Origin: Vulcanimicrobiota bacterium
Lineage (GTDB): Bacteria > Vulcanimicrobiota > Vulcanimicrobiia > Vulcanimicrobiales > Vulcanimicrobiaceae
NCBI GenBank assembly: GCA_003133025.1
Contig: PKZK01000106.1
Span: forward strand, 3,163-14,735
Direction of reading: 5' to 3'
DNA length: 11,573 bases
This document shows, piece by piece, positions 5,084-11,573 of the stretch. Position numbers and translations under genes: made by a program. The notes under the pieces are model-generated. The model searched no databases. It was not told where the DNA came from and was given only the letters and a program-made list of their open reading frames with translations. Each line of letters begins with the position of its first letter. The first letter of the stretch is position 1.

Positions 5084-7354
5084 GTGCGCGTCGCCTGCAT
5101 CGGAGGAGGTCCGGCCGGCCTCTTCTTCTCGATCCTGCTCAAGCGGGCGATGCCCGGCGCCGAGATCGTCGTCCACGAGCGCAACCGCGCCGACGACACC
5201 TTCGGTTGGGGCGTCGTCTTCTCGGATCAGACCCTGGGCAACATCGCCGCCGCCGATCCCGCCGCTTACCGCGCGATCGAGTCGGCCTTCGTGCACTGGG
5301 ACGCGATCGACATCAACCTCCGGGGCCGGCGGTTTCGCGCGGGGGGTCAAGGCTTTGCCGGCCTCGGGCGCATGCGTCTGCTCTCCATCCTCCAGGCGCG
5401 CGCGCTCGAATTGGGCGTCGACCTTCGCTTCGGCAGCGAGATCGGCGACGACGAAGCGATCGGCGACGCCGACGTGCTGGTGATCGCCGACGGCGCGAAC
5501 AGCGTCGTGCGCCGCAAATACGCCGCCGACTTCGGCACGTCGATCGATCTGCGCGCCTGCCGGTACGTTTGGCTCGGCACGCGCAAGCGCTTCGACGCCT
5601 TTACCTTTGCATTCGAAGAGACCCAATGGGGCTGGTTCGCACTGCATGCGTACCGGTTCGATGCGGACACCAGCACGGCGATCGTGGAGTGTCGCGACGA
5701 GACCTGGCGCGCTGCCGGCTTGCACGAGGCCGACGCGGAGCGCACGATCGACTTCTGCGAGCGGCTCTTCGGCAAGTATCTCGACGGCGAGGCGTTGCTC
5801 AGCAACGCCCGCCACTTGGCCAATCCGTGGCTCCGCTTTCCGCAGATCTCGAACGAGCGCTGGTCGCTGGGTAATCGGGTGTTGCTGGGCGACGCGGCGC
5901 ACACGGCGCACTTCTCGATCGGTTCGGGCACGAAGTTGGCCTTAGAGGATGCGATCTCGCTCGCGGCCGCGCTGGCCGGCGGCGCCGCGCCGGCCGAAGC
6001 CTTCGCGGCGTACGAAGCCGAGCGGCGCATCGAGGTCTTGCGCCTGCAGAACGCCGCGCGCAACAGCCTCGAATGGTTCGAGAACGTGGCGCGGTACGCG
6101 CGTCTCGAACCCGAGCAGTTCGCATACAGCTTGCTCACGCGCAGTCAGCGCATCGGACACGAAAACTTGCGCCTGCGCGATCGCGAATACGTCGACGGCG
6201 TCGAGCGCTGGTTCGCAGTCCGCGCCGGGGTACCCGATCGCGGCGTGCCCCCGATGTTTGCGCCGCTGCGTTTGCGCGAGACGGCATTGAGCAACCGCGT
6301 CGTGGTCTCGCCGATGGCGATGTACTCGTGCGTCGAGGGCACGCCCGACGACTTCTACCTCGTGCACCTCGGCGCGCGCGCGCAGGGCGGCGCGGCCTTG
6401 ATCTTCACGGAAATGACCGCGGTCGCCGCGGACGCGCGCATCTCGCCGGGTTGTGCCGGACTGTACCGGCCCGAGCACGTCGCGGCGTGGGCGCGCATCG
6501 TCGACTTCGTCCACGCGAAGACGCCGGCGAAAATCGCGCTGCAGTTGGGCCACGCGGGGCCCAAGGGCTCGACGCAACTGGGCTGGGAAGAACCCGACGA
6601 GCCGCTGCCGGAGGGCAACTGGCCGCTGGTGGCGCCCTCGGCCGTGGCCTTCGGTCCGCACAATGCGCTCCCGGCCGAGTTGACGCGCGCGGGCATGGAC
6701 GAGATTCGCGAGCAGTTCGTGCGCGCCGCGGAACGCGGCGCATCCTGCGGCTTCGACCTGCTCGAACTGCATTGCGCCCACGGCTATCTGTTGTCGAGCT
6801 TCATCACGCCCTTGACCAACCGGCGGAGCGACGAATACGGCGGTTCGCTCGAAAACCGGCTGCGCTATCCGCTGGAAGTGTTTCGCGCGATGCGTGCGGT
6901 CTGGCCCGCGCACGTACCGATGTCGGTGCGCATCTCGGCGACCGACTGGGTTCCCGGCGGCATCGAGCCGGGCGACGCCGTGGAGATCGCGCATGCGTTC
7001 CGCGCGGCCGGCGCCGACCTGATCGACGTGTCGGCCGGGCAGACCTCGCGGGCCGCGCGACCCGTCTACGGACGCATGTTCCAAACGCCGTTCTCAGATA
7101 TCATCCGCAACGAGGTGGGCATCGCAACCATGGCCGTGGGCAACATCTTCGAACCCGATCACGTCAACGGCATCATCGCCTCGGGACGGGCCGACTTGTG
7201 CGCGCTGGCGCGGCCGCATCTGGCCGACCCGTACTGGACGTTGCACGCGGCGGCGGCGCTCGGCTATACCGGCGTCGAGTGGCCCAAGCAATATTTGACC
7301 GGCCGGGATCAGTATCTGCGCAATCTCGGCCGCGCCGCGCAGGCCGCGTCGTGA
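5084..7354 (+). CDS. abmA: Bifunctional 2-aminobenzoyl-CoA monooxygenase/reductase (anthraniloyl-CoA monooxygenase; salicylyl-CoA 5-hydroxylase family), 756 aa
   Basis: N-terminal group-A flavin monooxygenase domain: [50 protein letters not shown]. It is fused to a C-terminal Old Yellow Enzyme-type NADH:flavin oxidoreductase domain: [45 protein letters not shown] precedes the GTG. Gene context matches abm clusters. Confidence 0.95.
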   Translation: MRVACIGGGPAGLFFSILLKRAMPGAEIVVHERNRADDTFGWGVVFSDQTLGNIAAADPAAYRAIESAFVHWDAIDINLRGRRFRAGGQGFAGLGRMRLLSILQARALELGVDLRFGSEIGDDEAIGDADVLVIADGANSVVRRKYAADFGTSIDLRACRYVWLGTRKRFDAFTFAFEETQWGWFALHAYRFDADTSTAIVECRDETWRAAGLHEADAERTIDFCERLFGKYLDGEALLSNARHLANPWLRFPQISNERWSLGNRVLLGDAAHTAHFSIGSGTKLALEDAISLAAALAGGAAPAEAFAAYEAERRIEVLRLQNAARNSLEWFENVARYARLEPEQFAYSLLTRSQRIGHENLRLRDREYVDGVERWFAVRAGVPDRGVPPMFAPLRLRETALSNRVVVSPMAMYSCVEGTPDDFYLVHLGARAQGGAALIFTEMTAVAADARISPGCAGLYRPEHVAAWARIVDFVHAKTPAKIALQLGHAGPKGSTQLGWEEPDEPLPEGNWPLVAPSAVAFGPHNALPAELTRAGMDEIREQFVRAAERGASCGFDLLELHCAHGYLLSSFITPLTNRRSDEYGGSLENRLRYPLEVFRAMRAVWPAHVPMSVRISATDWVPGGIEPGDAVEIAHAFRAAGADLIDVSAGQTSRAARPVYGRMFQTPFSDIIRNEVGIATMAVGNIFEPDHVNGIIASGRADLCALARPHLADPYWTLHAAAALGYTGVEWPKQYLTGRDQYLRNLGRAAQAAS

Positions 7355-8130
7355 CGCTCGCGGGCAAACATGCGCTCGTGACCGGAGGCGGACGCGGCAT
7401 CGGCGCGGCGATCGCCTTCGCACTCGGACGCGAAGGCGCGCGGCTGACCTTGCTCGGACGCGACGCGGCCGAACTCGAAGCGAAGGCCGCCGAGTTGCGC
7501 GCGGCCGGCATCGAAGCGGGCAGCGCCGTTGCCGACGTGAGCGACGAAGGCCAGGTGAGCACGGCGTTCGAACGCGCGCGACGCGCCTTCGGCGCGCCGG
7601 ACATCCTGGTCAATAACGCGGGCATCGCGCGCAGCCGTTCGCTGCTGAAGATGGAACGCGCGTTTTGGGACGAGATCGTGGCGGTCAATCTCACCGGGAC
7701 GTACCTGTGCAGTCGCGCGGCCGCCGGGGCGATGATCGCCGCCGGTTGGGGCCGCATCGTCAACGTGGCCAGCGTTGCGGGCTTGAGCGGCGGAAAATAC
7801 ATCAGCGCGTACTGCGCCTCCAAACACGGCGTGGTCGGGCTGACGCGCGCGCTCGCGATCGAATTCGCCGGCACGGGCGTCACCGTCAATTCGGTCTGCC
7901 CCGGCTTCGTCGAAACCGTATTGTTTGCGGACGCGGTGGCCAAGGTCGGCGCCGCCACCGGCCGCAGCGAAGCCGACGCGCGCGCCGCAACGCTCGCGCA
8001 AAGCCTGCAGTTGCGGGTCATCGAGCCCGGCGAAGTGGCTCACGCCGTGCTCTGGCTGTGCGGCGACGGCGCGGGCGCGCTCACCGGTCAGGCATTGCCC
8101 ATCGAAGCCAGTGGAACCGTGCATGAATAG
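7351..8130 (+). CDS. Short-chain dehydrogenase/reductase (SDR), 259 aa
   Basis: GTG overlaps the abmA stop (GTGA). Motifs: TGGGRGIG (7381-7404), NNAG, catalytic Ser region ASVAG, YCASK (7810-7824), NSVCPG. It is the C-terminal part of track ORF 6073..8130. Confidence 0.95.
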   Translation: MTLAGKHALVTGGGRGIGAAIAFALGREGARLTLLGRDAAELEAKAAELRAAGIEAGSAVADVSDEGQVSTAFERARRAFGAPDILVNNAGIARSRSLLKMERAFWDEIVAVNLTGTYLCSRAAAGAMIAAGWGRIVNVASVAGLSGGKYISAYCASKHGVVGLTRALAIEFAGTGVTVNSVCPGFVETVLFADAVAKVGAATGRSEADARAATLAQSLQLRVIEPGEVAHAVLWLCGDGAGALTGQALPIEASGTVHE

Positions 8131-8614
8131 CGCGCCGGCGCTCGACCTCGAAGCGCGCGCCGGCGGCGACGACCATCTGTCGCTGCGCCTGTGGCTGCGC
8201 ATGCTCTCGTGCACCAACCTGATCGAGGCAAGCGCGCGCACGCGCCTGCGCGCCGAGTTCTCGACGACGCTCGCGCGCTTCGACCTGATGGCCCAACTCG
8301 AACGCGCGCCGGGCGGCCTGAAGATGAGCGAACTCTCGCGGCGCATGATGGTCACCGGCGGCAACGTCACCCGCTTGACCGATCAGTTGGAAGCCGAAGG
8401 TCTCGTCGTTCGCGGCGAATCGGCCGACCGCCGCGTCTTCCGCGTGAGCCTGACGCCGCGCGGGCGACGCACGTTTGCGGCGATGGCGCGCCGGCACGAA
8501 GATTGGATCGTCGAGACGTTCGACGCACTCTCACACGAGGAGCGCACGCAGTTGTTTTCCCTCCTGGCCAAACTCAAGAACGGGCAGAGTCGCGCGGCGG
8601 AGAACCGGGCGTGA
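8123..8614 (+). CDS. MarR-family transcriptional regulator, 163 aa
   Basis: ATG at 8123 overlaps the SDR end by 8 nt. [52 protein letters not shown] and wing [13 protein letters not shown] are typical MarR features. Confidence 0.95.
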   Translation: MNSAPALDLEARAGGDDHLSLRLWLRMLSCTNLIEASARTRLRAEFSTTLARFDLMAQLERAPGGLKMSELSRRMMVTGGNVTRLTDQLEAEGLVVRGESADRRVFRVSLTPRGRRTFAAMARRHEDWIVETFDALSHEERTQLFSLLAKLKNGQSRAAENRA

Positions 8615-9432
8615 CGCGCGAGCGCGATTTCGCGGGCTACGCCGCGCAGCACTTCGGCTGGCGGGTCGAGGAGCGGGTGGCCACGATCACGCTCGATCGC
8701 CCGGAGCGCAAGAACCCGCTGACGTTCGACTCGTACGCGGAACTGCGCGACCTCTTTCGCGCGCTCGGCGGCGCCCGCGACGTGCGCGCGGTGGTGTTGA
8801 CCGGCGCGGGCGGCAACTTCTGCTCCGGCGGCGACGTGCACGAGATCATCGCGCCGTTGACCAGGATGCACGCGCCCGAACTGTTGGCCTTCACGCGCCT
8901 GACGGGCGATCTGGTCAAAGCGATGCGTGCCTGCCCGCAACCGATCGTCGCCGCGATCGACGGCATCTGCGCCGGTGCGGGAGCGATGTTGGCGCTGGCT
9001 TCCGACTTGCGCTTGGGCACCGCCGCCGCGCGGGTCGCGTTTCTCTTCGTGCGCGTGGGCCTCTCGGGCGCGGACATGGGCGCCTGCGCGCTGCTGCCGC
9101 GCGCGATCGGACAAGGCCGCGCGAGCGAATTGCTCTTCACGGGCAGAGCCCTGCACGGAACGCAGGCGCACGAGTGGGGCTTCTTCAACCGGCTCTGCGA
9201 GCCCGACGCCGTGCTCGGCGAGGCGCAGGCGCTGGCGCGCGAACTGGCCGCGGGACCCACCTTCGCGCATGCGATGACCAAGACGTTGCTGCATCAGGCC
9301 TGGTCGCTGGGACTCGATGAGGAGATCGAAGCCGAAGCGCAAGCCCAGGCGTTGTGCATGCAAACGCTCGACTTCAGGCGCGCGTACGAGGCCTTTGCCG
9401 CGAAGCGCACGCCGCGCTTCCAAGGCGATTAG
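8611..9432 (+). CDS. Enoyl-CoA hydratase/isomerase (crotonase) family protein, 273 aa
   Basis: GTGA overlap with the MarR stop, SD GGAG. Motifs: [40 protein letters not shown] and C-terminal [12 protein letters not shown]. Confidence 0.95.
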   Translation: MTRERDFAGYAAQHFGWRVEERVATITLDRPERKNPLTFDSYAELRDLFRALGGARDVRAVVLTGAGGNFCSGGDVHEIIAPLTRMHAPELLAFTRLTGDLVKAMRACPQPIVAAIDGICAGAGAMLALASDLRLGTAAARVAFLFVRVGLSGADMGACALLPRAIGQGRASELLFTGRALHGTQAHEWGFFNRLCEPDAVLGEAQALARELAAGPTFAHAMTKTLLHQAWSLGLDEEIEAEAQAQALCMQTLDFRRAYEAFAAKRTPRFQGD

Positions 9433-9436
9433 CGGC

Positions 9437-10611
<1,175 letters not shown>

Positions 10612-10615
<4 letters not shown>

Positions 10616-11573
10616 GCGCGCACGTCGACACGTTCGCGCGCGACAACCTGCCGCCGCCCGAACTCTGGCCGGAGTTGCGCTTCGATTTGCCCGAGTTGCA
10701 CTATCCCGAGCGTTTGAACTGCGCGGTCGAATTACTCGACGCGATGGTCGCGCGCGGCTTCGGCGAGCGCACCGCGATCGTCACGCCGGCGCGACGCTTG
10801 AGCTACGCGGAATTGCGCGACGAAGCGAACCGCATCGCCGGAGTGCTGCGCGACGACCTGGGTCTGGTGCCCGGAAACCGCGTGCTGATCCGGGGCTTCA
10901 ACGATGCGACGACCGCCGCGTGCTGGTTCGCGGTGATCAAGGCCGGCGGGATTGCGGTGACCACGATGCCCTTACTGCGCAGTAAGGAACTGCGCGAGGC
11001 GATCGAGCGCGCGCGCATCGCGATCGCCCTCTGCGATGCCCGCCTCGACGCCGAGTTGCGCGAAGCCGCGCGGCTCGCTCCTGGGCTCGAGCGCATCGTT
11101 TGTTGGAACGATCCCGGAGCCGAGGGCCTCGAGGCGCGGGCGCGCGACAAATCGCCCGCATTCGAGAACGTTGCGACCGCCGCCGACGACGTCTGCTTGA
11201 TCGCCTTCACCTCGGGCACGACCGGCACGCCCAAGGGTACGATGCACTTTCATCGCGACGTGCTGGCGATCTGCGACACGTTCCCACCGGCGCACCTGCG
11301 CACGACGCCCGACGACGTGTTCTGCGGCACGCCGCCGCTGGCGTTCACCTTCGGCCTGGGCGGCTTGCTGCTCTTTCCGCTGCGCGCCGGCGCGACGGCG
11401 GTGCTGCTCGAGTCGGCGCCGCCCGAACGGCTGCTGAGCGCCATCGCGGAGTACGGCGTCACGATCACCTTCGCCGCACCGACGGCCTATCGCGCCATGG
11501 CGCCGCTGGCCGGGAAGTACGCGCTGCGCACGTTACGCGCCGGCGTTTCGGCCGGCGAGACGCTGCCCGTCGC
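10612..11573 (+). CDS. abmG: 2-aminobenzoate-CoA ligase-like aryl-CoA ligase (ANL superfamily), 3' end truncated
   Basis: GTGA overlap with the ACAD stop, SD GGGAG. Manual translation gives [43 protein letters not shown], an N-terminus characteristic of this ligase group. AMP-binding P-loop [11 protein letters not shown] (11206-11238), [17 protein letters not shown] and SAGETLP follow. The frame is open to the window end and is absent from the ORF track. Confidence 0.92.

Noticed and set aside
4849..5199. 117-aa N-terminal extension of Glf in the ORF track
   Set aside because: It is low-complexity, crosses the divergent promoter region and overlaps abmA. UGM homology starts at 4848.
6073..7350. 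N-terminal extension of the SDR (685-aa ORF), possible frameshift fusion with abmA
   Set aside because: Off-frame Arg-rich reading of abmA. There is a clean GTGA coupling at 7351 and no slippery site seen. The same applies to the extensions 7925, 8191 and 9317.

Overview
GC-rich bacterial chromosomal window with ten protein-coding genes in two divergent blocks. I found no tRNA, rRNA, CRISPR array or mobile element. Left block, minus strand, in transcription order: UDP-galactopyranose mutase (glf), overlapping a secreted lipoprotein phosphoesterase (AcpA/phospholipase C family), then a 183-aa hypothetical protein, then a superfamily-2 DEAH helicase that runs off the left edge and is missing from the ORF track. 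Right block, plus strand: a tightly coupled aerobic 2-aminobenzoyl-CoA (anthranilate) or salicylyl-CoA-type catabolic operon. It comprises a bifunctional flavin monooxygenase/reductase (abmA-like), an SDR, a MarR regulator, a crotonase-fold enzyme, an acyl-CoA dehydrogenase and an aryl-CoA ligase (abmG-like, runs off the right edge, also missing from the ORF track). A sigma70-like promoter and a candidate MarR operator precede it. Most long ORFs in the track are antisense shadows or false upstream extensions. The catabolic operon is a known type of system. The least explained parts are the hypothetical-protein/helicase pair with its structured intergenic regions, the glf-phosphoesterase coupling, and the non-canonical active site of the crotonase-fold enzyme. 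I cannot establish a novel system from the sequence alone.
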